This document shows, one piece after another, positions 24,093-34,560 of a stretch of DNA of 40,552 bases (position 1 is its first letter; every line of letters begins with the position of its first letter). This stretch comes from Octopus bimaculoides (lineage: Eukaryota). Below the pieces are notes generated by a model. The model did no database searches. It was not told the origin of the DNA and was given only the letters and a program-made list of their open reading frames with translations. Location of the stretch: assembly GCF_001194135.2 (NCBI RefSeq), contig NC_068981.1, positions 27,306,927 to 27,347,478 on the forward strand. The letters are read 5' to 3'. The translations under genes were made by a program, and so were the position numbers.

Positions 24093-24715
24093 GGATCTTT
24101 TTTAAAACGGGGGCCACATTTTTCATTAATGTTTTACGTAGTGTTTTTGGTACCGAAAGACTTTCAAACTTCGTATACTTATCTATTTTGTGTTATAGAA
24201 CAGAAAAATATTTTTGTATTCAAATTTATTTCATGTAAAAAATTGTCTTATTTCGATAATTTCAACCAATCACTGGCAAGTATTCAGTTGTTTACATTTA
24301 CTCCTTTGGCTGATTAAGCCATAGTTTCGTTTTATTCGCTTTTTTCATTTTAAATTTGCTTTCTTCATTTTCTTTTTTTTTCTTCGTTTTATTTGCTTTT
24401 TTTCTTTTTAAATTTGCTGTTTTACCCTAACCCTAACCCTAACTCTAACCCTAACCCTAACCCTATCACCGATAGAATTGTTTCAGAATCGTTTGTTTAT
24501 GTAGTCGGCACTTAATGTATATCGGCTGAATGGACGTCAGTGATTGGCTGAAATTACAGAAATACGACAACTTTAACATGGAATAACTTAGGGATTTCTA
24601 TTTTTTTAAAGAAGACTAAGAGAAAAAGATGTTTTATATGACACATTCTACCAGTGTTCCAAGTTTCAAAGTGTTTCGTTAATGAAAAATGTGACCCCCG
24701 TTTTAAAAAGGATCC
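24093..24715. mobile_element. 623-bp MITE with 37-bp TIRs
   Basis: ggatcttttttaaaacgggggccacatttttcattaa versus the reverse complement of the right end ggatcctttttaaaacgggggtcacatttttcattaa (35/37). The imperfect flanking duplication is gcaaaatc / gtaaatc. There is no ORF. Confidence 0.92.
24425..24465 (-). repeat. Interstitial telomere-type array (TTAGGG)~7 inside the MITE
   Basis: (CCCTAA)x6 plus CCCTA on +, with one CTCTAA variant. Confidence 0.95.
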
Positions 24716-24839
24716 GTAAATCTAACTCAGCGGCATTTGAATATAATACGTAAAGATTGACGAAATGCCGCTAAGCATTTTATCCGGCACGCTAAAGATC
24801 CAGACATCTTGCCTCCTTATTGGAGATAGTAATGATTTC

Positions 24840-25045
24840 ACATTTTGGAACAAGGCCAGCAATTTCGGGGGTGGGATAAGTCGACTACATCCACCCAAGT
24901 GCTCGAGGGCTATTTTATTTTATTGACCCAGAAAAGATGAAAGGCAGAGTCGATCTCGGCAAAATTTGAACGTAGCGTGTAAAGACAGACGAAATGCCGG
25001 TAAGCATTTTGCCCGACAAGCGTACGATTTAGCCAGCTCGCTTAC
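24840..25045 (-). mobile_element. SINE family A
   Basis: ggaacaaggccagcaatttcggggg...gatgaaaggcagagtcgatctcggc...aagcattttgcccgac. Confidence 0.8.
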
Positions 25046-25268
25046 TAAACGGGGATGATAATAACAATGAAAAACATGTGGATTTTGACAATGCGAAAAC
25101 GGTGATTATATCTTCCATGATGGTGAATATTCATAATGCCTATAATGGTTTTAATGATAAGGCTAGTGTAAAAAGTTTTTACTTTCAGTGTAGTTATATC
25201 AAATCATTTCAAAATAGAGTGAGGAGAAATATCTTATAAAAATTGCATATTTTATATTTCACATACAG

Positions 25269-25364
25269 TTATCATTCAGACTTTCGCATTATTTTCGAGG
25301 GGTGAGAGAATTTCGGAAAGAGCAATCAATAAATAAATCGACTTTTCCACGTGGGATTTCAACG
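25269..25364 (+). pseudogene. MAM pseudo-exon (C-terminal strands)
   Basis: ttttatatttcacatacag| ... AACG|gtaaac (96 nt). Reads YHSDFRIIFEG, then shifted RAINK*IDFS, resembling F.IvFEG ... iAIDDI.F. Confidence 0.6.
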
Positions 25365-25471
25365 GTAAACTATCACATATATTATTACCACGACAGCGAG
25401 GTGTAGCAAACAATTCTTTGACATTTGTTAATGGTAAAAGTGTTTTATAGTTCTGCATCCTAGCACACGCA

Positions 25472-25512
<41 letters not shown>

Positions 25513-25829
25513 NNNNNNNNNNNNNNNNNNNNNNNNNNNNNNNNNNNNNNNNNNNNNNNNNNNNNNNNNNNNNNNNNNNNNNNNNNNNNNNNNNNNNNNN
25601 NNNNNNNNNNNNNNNNNNNNNNNNNNNNNNNNNNNNNNNNNNNNNNNNNNNNNNNNNNNNNNNNNNNNNNNNNNNNNNNNNNNNNNNNNNNNNNNNNNNN
25701 NNNNNNNNNNNNNNNNNNNNNNNNNNNNNNNNNNNNNNNNNNNNNNNNNNNNNNNNNNNNNNNNNNNNNNNNNNNNNNNNNNNNNNNNNNNNNNNNNNNN
25801 NNNNNNNNNNNNNNNNNNNNNNNNNNNNN
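25513..25829. other. Assembly gap (N run)
   Basis: 317 N. Confidence 1.
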
Positions 25830-25896
<67 letters not shown>

Positions 25897-26569
25897 GTGT
25901 AAGTATGCAACAATGACCTACCCTGTTGGAAAAGGCCAGTACTTTAGTAATTTCATTTCTCTGCAATACTGAAGCTACTCCAGTTACATTACTAAAACTC
26001 TTGGGACATAAGAATATTTCACGGACATCAGAAATGCCATTTGCCCATCTCTTAGAAAGTTATAATAGACTTAGATTTATCTATGCAGCGTTCGAGATAT
26101 ATAACTATTTAAATTTACCGAACATACAGATATAGATAAATTCATACATACATACACATTTACACATCATTATACATTTACGTAGATATATAATTCATAA
26201 TCTGTTTGTGTGTGTAATTTTATGTGTATGTTTGAGTGTGCATGGGTACGTCTGATGGATATTTATGATCAGTGAAGTCCCTAATCTTATTATTTCACCA
26301 GATGGGTGAATATTCAATATTTATTTAATATTAGTATGTGTTTATATATATAGCAGTATGTGTGTGCGTGCGCGCATATATGTCTGTGTGTGTGTGAGTG
26401 TGCATTCATTTTTGCGTATATATGTATGTGTAACTCTCTCTCCCTCTCTGTCTCTATATATATATCTATCTATCTGTCTGTCTATCTATATGTATATCTA
26501 TGTGTGTGTGTGTGTTTTTGTGTGTGTTGTTGTGTGTATGTATGTATATATATATATATATATATATAT

Positions 26570-27283
26570 NNNNNNNNNNNNNNNNNNNNNNNNNNNNNNN
26601 NNNNNNNNNNNNNNNNNNNNNNNNNNNNNNNNNNNNNNNNNNNNNNNNNNNNNNNNNNNNNNNNNNNNNNNNNNNNNNNNNNNNNNNNNNNNNNNNNNNN
26701 NNNNNNNNNNNNNNNNNNNNNNNNNNNNNNNNNNNNNNNNNNNNNNNNNNNNNNNNNNNNNNNNNNNNNNNNNNNNNNNNNNNNNNNNNNNNNNNNNNNN
26801 NNNNNNNNNNNNNNNNNNNNNNNNNNNNNNNNNNNNNNNNNNNNNNNNNNNNNNNNNNNNNNNNNNNNNNNNNNNNNNNNNNNNNNNNNNNNNNNNNNNN
26901 NNNNNNNNNNNNNNNNNNNNNNNNNNNNNNNNNNNNNNNNNNNNNNNNNNNNNNNNNNNNNNNNNNNNNNNNNNNNNNNNNNNNNNNNNNNNNNNNNNNN
27001 NNNNNNNNNNNNNNNNNNNNNNNNNNNNNNNNNNNNNNNNNNNNNNNNNNNNNNNNNNNNNNNNNNNNNNNNNNNNNNNNNNNNNNNNNNNNNNNNNNNN
27101 NNNNNNNNNNNNNNNNNNNNNNNNNNNNNNNNNNNNNNNNNNNNNNNNNNNNNNNNNNNNNNNNNNNNNNNNNNNNNNNNNNNNNNNNNNNNNNNNNNNN
27201 NNNNNNNNNNNNNNNNNNNNNNNNNNNNNNNNNNNNNNNNNNNNNNNNNNNNNNNNNNNNNNNNNNNNNNNNNNNNNNNNNNN
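26570..27283. other. Assembly gap (N run)
   Basis: 714 N between (TA)n runs. Confidence 1.
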
Positions 27284-27327
<44 letters not shown>

Positions 27328-27887
27328 CAACATCTGACATGAGTAACAAGAATTTCTTCAGTGCGTTTCGTGAAGTCAAGATATATTAAGTTCCACCTTA
27401 CCCTTTACAAGCCGCTTCTGTTCCCTCCAATATCTCTGTTGGGAATCATGAAAGAACATGATAGATTAGAGCGTGGCAGATAACATCTAGCCGGATTGAA
27501 ACAGGTTGTCTTTAGTTTAATTTCCTTTGTTGGAGCATAGCTGGATGCAGAAGAATAATTTTCCTTTATGCAATGGTAAAAGTTTTTGAAAAGGTGATCT
27601 TCATAAATAGAACTAAAGCATCTCAAACATATTTTAAATATATCAAGTTTTATCAAGGAGAAGAAAATCTAAATACTCCATTTAAAATTACATTTTAATG
27701 CTAAAAAGAAGTTAGTCTAATCTTAACTTGTCTAAGAAGGAACGACATTGTTCTAGAGTAGCAGGCAACTGAACTGGCTTACTTGGATTGATTGGTCCTT
27801 CTTGGGATCGTTATCCAACAAAATATATATGTACGCATGCAGACATACACGCATGCATATATGTGCGTACGTGTATGTGTGTATGCG

Positions 27888-27935
<48 letters not shown>

Positions 27936-27945
27936 NNNNNNNNNN
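27936..27945. other. Assembly gap (N run)
   Basis: 10 N. Confidence 1.
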
Positions 27946-28914
27946 AAGTTAGCTTTGACTCTAGTGCTGTTTATTATTCCCTTATACATTAAACTATTCC
28001 AAAAAAAAAAAAATAGTAACGTAAAAAAATCAATAAATTTAGCCCGAACATTTTCTTTACAGAGCGTATTAAACTTGAAGAAACTATTGAAAGTTTACTT
28101 CGATTCAATGATCTTATTAGCATATGTTAACTGAATTCAGCACAATTCCTACAGCGATTTTGGTATTTTCAGATAGCATATTTTGTAACCACATGCGTAG
28201 GGTTATTGAAAGAAATATATTTCATATATTTATGAATCTCCTTTTAAATCAAGTGAATAATATGTTGATTTGTTTTTCGAAAGTGTCTTTTAAGTGTATA
28301 TATGAATTCATATTTTTTTATATTGTTCCATCCTACATGAGCATGTATGAAACGCTTATTCTAAAGCAGATATCGAATGTCTCATTTTTTAATTAAATAT
28401 ACAATGTATCACGGTACTTTTCGAAAGAGCAATATAATTTCGCTCGTATGTTTGCTCTTAAATTCCCAAATTCTGATTCCATTCTATACAGAAATATATC
28501 ATTTATTTTTTGTCGTTTAAGTTTAATGTCTGAAAATGTCTAAAAGATTGCGGCCATGTTGGGGTACCAACTTGAAGAATTTTTAGTCTTATGAATCGAT
28601 CTCAATGCATATCTTTTCAGATCGATATTTATCAAATACACGAGAGAATAGACTAAACAGAACAGGGGAAACACGTGGGATGGATAGTAGCTGAAGAGAT
28701 CACTGGTGTGCAACGAAAAATTTCCAGACTATGGGTATAAAATAAGAACAGTAATAAACAAGGGAATGCATGTGTTTATTTAGCAAGAAAAAAGTGACCA
28801 CCCTGAAATATAGCAATATCTATTTTAGCGTACGATTTCAGATCAGGAATATTGTAAAAGAAATACATAACCGTATATACAACGTGTGTGTGTGTGTATG
28901 TATTCACACACGTC

Positions 28915-29035
28915 GAGTTTCTTTCAGTTTCTGTCTATCAAAGGCTCGAGGTTAGAGAAACACTTCCTCAAGGTGCCACGCAGTGGGACTGAACCCAGAA
29001 CGATGTAGTTGAGAAGCAGACTTCCTACCACGCAC
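28915..29035 (-). mobile_element. SINE family C, tRNA-like head fragment
   Basis: The reverse complement reads gtggtaggaagtctgcttctcaactacatcgttctgggttcagtcccactgcgtggcaccttgaggaagtg, with a B-box-like ggttcagtccc. Confidence 0.7.
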
Positions 29036-29209
29036 GATAAATTATTGCTCGTTTAGACGCCACGTCGTATTGATAAATGGTAGTTATATCTGTCAGTCAG
29101 AGTGTATTATCCTATTAATGTCTTATAAACAAAGGCGACTGGAATTGTATTTTTAGAAACTGTTTATAAATTTTTAAAACGAGTGCGTCATTTTGTCAGC
29201 CACTCCTAG

Positions 29210-29430
29210 ATTTCACTGTCAACCAATATCAAGATAGACATACTGACGTGAGATGTACACATGATGACTTAAATTCTGAAGAGTACCAGCGTCATTCTGT
29301 GGACATTTAACTCTCATTGACTTGTCAAGGTCTACTGTGTCACAAAGCTCTGAAAAAAATTCAGACTAGCTGAGACTGGCAAATTCAACCGCTGAACTGC
29401 ACTGTTTGATCTGATTAAAGATCACACTGC
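29210..29430 (+). pseudogene. MAM pseudo-exon (end of one MAM plus N-terminal part of the next, ending at DHT)
   Basis: cactcctag| ... TGC|gtaaga. Reads DFTV...THDDLN...TCQGLLC...S*DWQIQ, then shifted IKDHT immediately before the donor. Confidence 0.62.
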
Positions 29431-29728
29431 GTAAGAGGATGATATATCTGGAGAAGGAGATCTGTCACGCGCGTGCCTATGTGTCCGTGCGCGAGCATGT
29501 CCAGTGATATGCTTACGATAGGATGACCAAATAAGCTAATTCTCTCAAGAAAGCAAGATACCTTTAAAATATGGCGTTGCTTACTGTGAACGGAATAGCT
29601 TTTTTGTCAGAAAATGTTCGTTAATCATCTTAGTATTTTCTTGATTTGCGGGTATGTGGATACTTGTTTTTTTTATTTCTTTTTTCTCTCTCCATGTTAG
29701 TCTTATTAGGATACTATAATCAAAAATA

Positions 29729-30085
29729 GTGGAGGCACAATGGCCCAGTGGCTAGGGTAGCGGACTAGCGGTCATAGGATCACAGTTTCGATTCCCAGAC
29801 CGGGCGTTGTGAGTGTTTATTGAGGCTCCAGTAGTGGATGGTGGCGAACCCTGCTGTGCTCTTCTACCAAAACTTTCTCTCACTCTTACTTCCTGTTTCT
29901 GTTGTGCCTGTAATTCAAAGGGTCAGCCTTGTCACACTGTGTCACGCTGAATATCTCCGAGAACTACGTTAGAGGTACACGTGTCTGTGGAGTGCTTAGC
30001 CACTTGCACGTTAATTTCACGAGCGGGCTGTTCCGTTAATCGGATCAACTGTAACCTTCGACGTCGTAAGCGACGTAGTGCCAAC
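29729..30085 (+). mobile_element. tRNA-derived SINE family B with 11-bp TSD
   Basis: A box tggcccagtgg and B box gtttcgattcc. The TSD is aatcaaaaata (29718-29728) / aatcaaagata (30086-30096). It has a ~25-bp internal deletion relative to the 15278 copy. Confidence 0.92.
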
Positions 30086-30986
30086 AATCAAAGATAATCC
30101 AGCATAAGGATTTTCAGACAGAGATTACCTCAGACAGTTTTTTTTTTACCGTACCTCCTCTTTTAACAGGCCATGGTGTATGTAATATGAGGAATATTTG
30201 GCATTTACTGCTAGCAAGTTAAATTTCCACATATACGTTCTGCGTTTGTTTGCTGTCTACTGTGTTTACTGACTTGAAACTACATCGACAGTTTTCTATC
30301 GTCTTTTCCGATTACACTATTTATCACCACAACTTGACATTAATGTTGATGGTAACGATTATTAGGAAATGAAGTGGATGATGACGTCATCATCAACATC
30401 ATCAGTATTATTATGTTGTTGATGGCGTAGACAAAGATGATGCTGTTGATACAATAATGTGGAGCTGATAATGATGATGATGATGATGATGTCGAAGACG
30501 ATAACGATGGCGATGACGACGGAATTACTGATTTTTACTGGAAGCGAGAGGGTTAAATCGTTAAAGTGTCTGAAAGAATACCTTTTGGTATTTTCCCCCG
30601 CTCATTGAGTTCTAAATTTAAACCCTGCCACGATCAATTTTACGTTAAATCCCTACAGAGTTGTTTATACAAATTAAGAGTCAAGTACTTGGTTGTTTGT
30701 ATCGACTAAGTCTCCCCCACCCTTGTGCCTCAAATGGAAACAAATGTTTTTAGTCCGTGAATTGGCAAAATTTGTCAAAATGCCTTTGGGTGCATATTTT
30801 TACGTCCTTGTTCCAAATCTGATCGGGATAAACATTTCCCTTAATCCTCCTGGATATAATAAAGTACAAATCAACACACTGGGAACGATATAATCAGCTC
30901 ACGCAAAAATATTGCTCATATCGGAACTAAGTTCGAAACTGTTGTTGTTGTTGTTGTTGTTGTTGTTGTCGTCATCGTGGTTGTTG

Positions 30987-31165
30987 AGCAATATGCTTAG
31001 CGGCATTTTGTCCGTCTTTAATATCTAAGCTCATATTCAACCGTCGATTTTACCTTTCATTCTATCGGAGTCGAGAAAAATAAGTACCAATTGTGTGCTG
31101 GGATCGATGGAAACGACTTCCCCCACTTCTCGTAATTGCTAGCATTGTCCCAAAATTTGAAAGCA
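30987..31165 (+). mobile_element. SINE family A, degenerate
   Basis: atgcttagcggcattttgtcc...cctttcattctatcggagtcgagaaaaataagtacc...cccaaaatttgaaa. A further degenerate copy lies at about 30545-30765. Confidence 0.7.
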
Positions 31166-31184
31166 TGATTATTGTTATTATTGC

Positions 31185-31555
31185 GTGAGAGCGCAATATA
31201 TACCATCAATATGACACTGGGGTACAAACTTACGAAGCCCAATATGCTCATCATGACTACCCGCCTGGTAAGGGTACACCAGGCACATGCATCACAGTTA
31301 CGTGTGTGTGGCATGGTGATCTCAAATCAAGAAAAACAGCACATGACCTTGCACGTGGCTTCCAGTAGCCCATCTCGCTCAAAAGGTCCCAGAATAAGGT
31401 TTGTTTAAGAATGATGAACAAATCACCTATGTTTCTAAAGAGGAATTATATAAATAAAGAATTTCTCTCAGCACATGTCTATGATGTTCTACTACTACTC
31501 CTATTCGTGATCAGTGATGCACATATACTAAGCCACTAAGGGTCATCTCCAATGT
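31185..31555 (-). mobile_element. Non-coding (AAT)n-tailed interspersed repeat (family D), 5'-truncated copy
   Basis: Collinear with 31565-31960. The minus strand ends ccccagtgtcatattgatgg...ctctcacgc followed by an AAT tail (31165-31184). Confidence 0.8.
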
Positions 31556-31564
31556 TATCATTAT

Positions 31565-32218
31565 TGTTGAGTGAGAGAGTAGCGCATGCTATGAAAATGA
31601 CCCTAGGGTAAAATATACAAAGCCCATTATACCTATCATGACTACCTCTCTGATAAGAGTACACCAGGCATATGCATCACAACCACATGTGCGCAACATG
31701 GTGATCTCATATCAAGATAAACAGCGCATGACATCGCAGGTGGGGCCCAGTTAGAATTTTCTTCAGGTTGAGTAGACCATCCCGCTCAAAAGGTCTCTGA
31801 ATAAGGTTTGTTTAAGGATGTTGAGCAAAACATACATATTTCCAAAGGTAAATTATTCAAACCCCAAAGAATTCCTCTCAACATATGCTTATGATGCTCC
31901 CCCACTACTTCTGCTCATGATCAGAGATGCACATATCGTCAGCCACCAAGGGACATGCTCAACTGGTTAAGGTCAAACAACTGACAAGCAAATCTGTAGT
32001 ATTAAGCAGAATATTTGCTATAGCCCGTCTTTTATACCAAGACAAAACAATGTACATGGAAACACTTCCAATCAATTAAGATCAGAAGCCATGAGAGCCA
32101 CTGCCTGATACTGCATCTGGGCATTTCACCACTGCCTGGTACTGCATCCGGGTATTAGCCACTACCTGGTACTGCATCCGGGTATTGGCCATTGCCTGGT
32201 ACTGCATCCGGGCATTTA
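31565..32218 (-). mobile_element. Family D repeat, longest copy (~650 bp)
   Basis: Starts directly after (AAT)n on the minus strand and ends gcatgcgctactctctcactcaacaataat. It is homologous to 31185-31555 and 37098-37595. No ORF or tRNA head is seen. Confidence 0.85.
32098..32218 (+). repeat. 4 x ~30-bp tandem repeat at the terminus of the family D copy
   Basis: cca(c/t)t(g/a)cctg(g/a)tactgcatc(c/t)ggg(c/t)att.. repeated four times without spacers. Confidence 0.95.
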
Positions 32219-32228
32219 ATCATCATCA

Positions 32229-32293
<65 letters not shown>

Positions 32294-32345
32294 GATGTTG
32301 TTGTTGTTATTATTATTATCATTATTTTTATCGTTGTTGTTGCTG
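32219..32345. repeat. (ATC)/(ATT)n/(GTT)n compound microsatellite
   Basis: Direct reading. It forms the AAT tail of the adjacent Dong-like LINE. Confidence 0.95.
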
Positions 32346-32351
32346 TTGCTG

Positions 32352-33150
32352 TTTTTATTATTATAAATCTCTTGCATTCATATTTAGCAGCGTAAAACAA
32401 TAGAATTGTATCACTAGTCTTCATAGCAGCAAGCCTTCTCAAATCTTAAGAATCTATTTTAGTATTTTCACAGAATGCAGGATGGCACTTTTCTCCGGAT
32501 CAACAATGCGAGTCGCATTTCCAATACCTTTTAATCTTTTAGATAGCATTATGGCTGTTGTGCCTGCTAATCCTCAATTTTCATTATGTCTTTGGTATCA
32601 GCTCTTTTGTCATGGGGAATTTGCAAAGTCTTGCATTGTTTTGCTCTCTGCAATCATATCTGGTCTTTTTGCTTCAATTGCATGGTCACTCTTTATGAGT
32701 AAATCCCACAAATCCCTATCACAGCCTCTGGTTCGCCTTCATACCACATTCCTATTATTTCAAAGCGACACACTCGGCCAACCTCATTGTGCACTCTTTT
32801 ACCAACTGTATCATAGCAGCGCATACATTCTTATTTGTACTTGCTTACTGCATTCGCTAAAGATATAACCGATACTTTCACGGCCTTTCCAGTGGGTTCT
32901 ACATTTGCTCTCCGATTGAATTTTGTCGAATTTTGCCTTTTATCAGATTCTTCATAAGGGCTTGTTCCTGAGCAGCTACAATTATTTTTTCAACCGCTCG
33001 TTTCAGGTTGCTGTCTGTCAGTGAAAACCATCGTACTTTCAGAATCTTCGTTTTGTTGCATGAATTGGCTATGTAACTTCCATTTCTTTGCATTTGCTTA
33101 CACTGTTGTTATTCTGTCTGTTCTTGAATTTTACTGCTTTAGTAAATTTC
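32352..33150 (-). mobile_element. Dong/R4-type RLE non-LTR retrotransposon, decayed 3' fragment with AAT tail
   Basis: Across frames: KWKLHSQF, NLKRAVEKIIVAAQEQAL, KCRTHWKGRESIGYIFSEC (CCHC-like relic), LWDLLIKSDHAIEAKRPDMI (RLE PD motif) and EKSAILHSVKIL. A short 3' UTR and (AAT)n follow. Confidence 0.85.
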
Positions 33151-33406
33151 TGGGTATATCTACCTGCTGATAGTAACCATTCTTCATTCCTCACAACATA
33201 AATTTTTAACCCCAATATCACAGTATTAACAGTGTCTTATGTGTTTAGTAATTCTCTGTCGCAGCCCTGTATTAACCTGCAAATAGCTATGCGAAATCAT
33301 TACACAAACACATGAATGAATACGTCACATACAATTTGTACAGACGCACATGTGCACTGACATATTCACACAGATATATTTATTTAGAGTCCTCTCTCTC
33401 TCTCTA

Positions 33407-33437
<31 letters not shown>

Positions 33438-33714
33438 AAATGAAAATTTAGTAGCTTAGAACAATAGAAAGAGATGGAGATAATGTGCAGAAAAAAGAGA
33501 AAGAAAGAAAATAAGCGGACTGTAACAACAACAAGGACGGGAAGTAAGAAGAAATAAGTAGGAGCAAAAATAAAAAGACAATGTAATACAATAAATTCAG
33601 AAAGACTGGCGAGGAGAAAAAGAAAGAGAAGAAAGCATCGTGCAATTTAGTGACTTCTGTCGACAGCTCTGAAAGAATGGCTTTACTATTCTGGATATAA
33701 ACTTCAAATTGTAG

Positions 33715-33950
33715 GAGATCTGAAGAATATTTCAGCCGTATGTCTAATACATTGAGCGGATTACATTTCGCTGAGGGGGAAACTGGTCGCAGATATAAGA
33801 GTTATAAAGCGTGAGCGGTTGCTACTAGCTAACGCTCGGCACGAATGCAAGTAATCCATCAACCTCTACAATGGCTGTTTTCCTTGCGAATATATGAGAC
33901 TTTTCCTTGTTTCAAACCTTTCTCTGTCTTTATTTTCTTCGTTTTCGAAG
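33715..33950 (+). pseudogene. Possible MAM pseudo-exon
   Basis: ttcaaattgtag|. Reads AVCLIH*ADYISLRGKLVADIRVIK, then shifted HQPLQWLFS...KPFSV..FVFE. Confidence 0.4.
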
Positions 33951-34425
33951 ATCTGTTTTCTGTTCTGTATACTTACTTCGCCTTCGTTCGACTGTCGTTC
34001 TGTCTGTCAGTCTCTTGGTTTGTCTGTCGATCTGTCGGTCTGTTGGTTTGTCTGTCGGTCTATTGGTTTGTCTGTCGATCTGCCCGGTCTTGTGTGTATG
34101 CTTCTCTACTTGCCTAACCACTAGTCTGATACCAAGATCGAATTGTGTTAGCGTGATGGAAGCTTTTCACACCTGTTTATTTGGCGCTGATGCATTCGTA
34201 TATCGAATCTACGTCAATATACATGTTTATACACACACACATCAGTTTATATGTACATATATCAATGCATACGTTCTCTCCACATATACATATACATAGA
34301 TATATACATAAATACATACATAAACGAACGCACACAAACGCACACACATATGTGTATGCATATATACACATATATACCTCTGTGAATGCATGCGCACGCG
34401 CATGAAGTGTCAGTTACTTCCTTAG

Positions 34426-34560
34426 GAAGATATAGAACACCAGTGACAGACTGTCCAGCGACATGGCGATATCAGATTGACTCGTGAATCAAGCTGTAGG
34501 TTGGTTGGCCACACGTCACAAGCACGCAACCCCTTCTTCCTCAGCCCAACAGTCATGCAT
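34426..34560 (+). pseudogene. Possible MAM pseudo-exon
   Basis: gttacttccttag|. Reads SDMAISD (or HGDIRL) and GWLATRHKHATPSSS, resembling gDIAIDD and W.r...TPS. Confidence 0.45.

Larger units (their letters stand above)
23975..24812 (-). mobile_element. SINE family A split by a MITE (halves 23975-24092 and 24716-24812)
   Basis: The left half ends tatgaaaggcaaaatc. The right half resumes taactcagcggcatttgaa...gctaagcattttatccggcacgcta, collinear with the intact copy at 24840-25045. Confidence 0.8.
1579..34560 (+). pseudogene. Unprocessed multi-exon pseudogene of a tandem MAM-domain extracellular protein (MALRD1/MAMDC4-like architecture); true ends may lie outside these limits
   Basis: About 15 + strand blocks, many with pyrimidine-AG acceptors and GT donors, whose manual three-frame translations give MAM consensus motifs in the right order, interrupted by stops and frameshifts. 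Examples: DKGRLDSP (4602-4625), DDI (4777-4785), ADHT (6783-6794), HGYLMLDI (17820-17843), EIAID (18061-18075), DFRIIFEG (25279-25302), KDHT (29417-29428). The family call is manual motif recognition, not an HMM search. Confidence 0.7.

Noticed and set aside
24425-24465. Chromosome end or true telomere
   Set aside because: Only ~7 units, located internally within a TIR-bounded element.
26358-27389. Longest ORFs in the track (280-343 aa), and similar ones at 12406-13197, 18050-18526 and 25460-25966
   Set aside because: They are open only because they run through N gaps and stop-free microsatellites.
30170-30350. Exon-like block after a strong acceptor (RQFSIVFS)
   Set aside because: The 5' part resembles a common interspersed repeat fragment and only one short motif matches MAM.
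32098-32218. CRISPR-like array of ~30-bp repeats
   Set aside because: The units are directly adjacent with no unique spacers, there are no cas genes, and the context is eukaryotic. It is a tandem repeat at a retroelement end.
34440-34500. LDL-receptor class A motif (DCP...SD..E.SC)
   Set aside because: The Cys/acidic spacing does not fit without several indels, so no LDLa domain is claimed.
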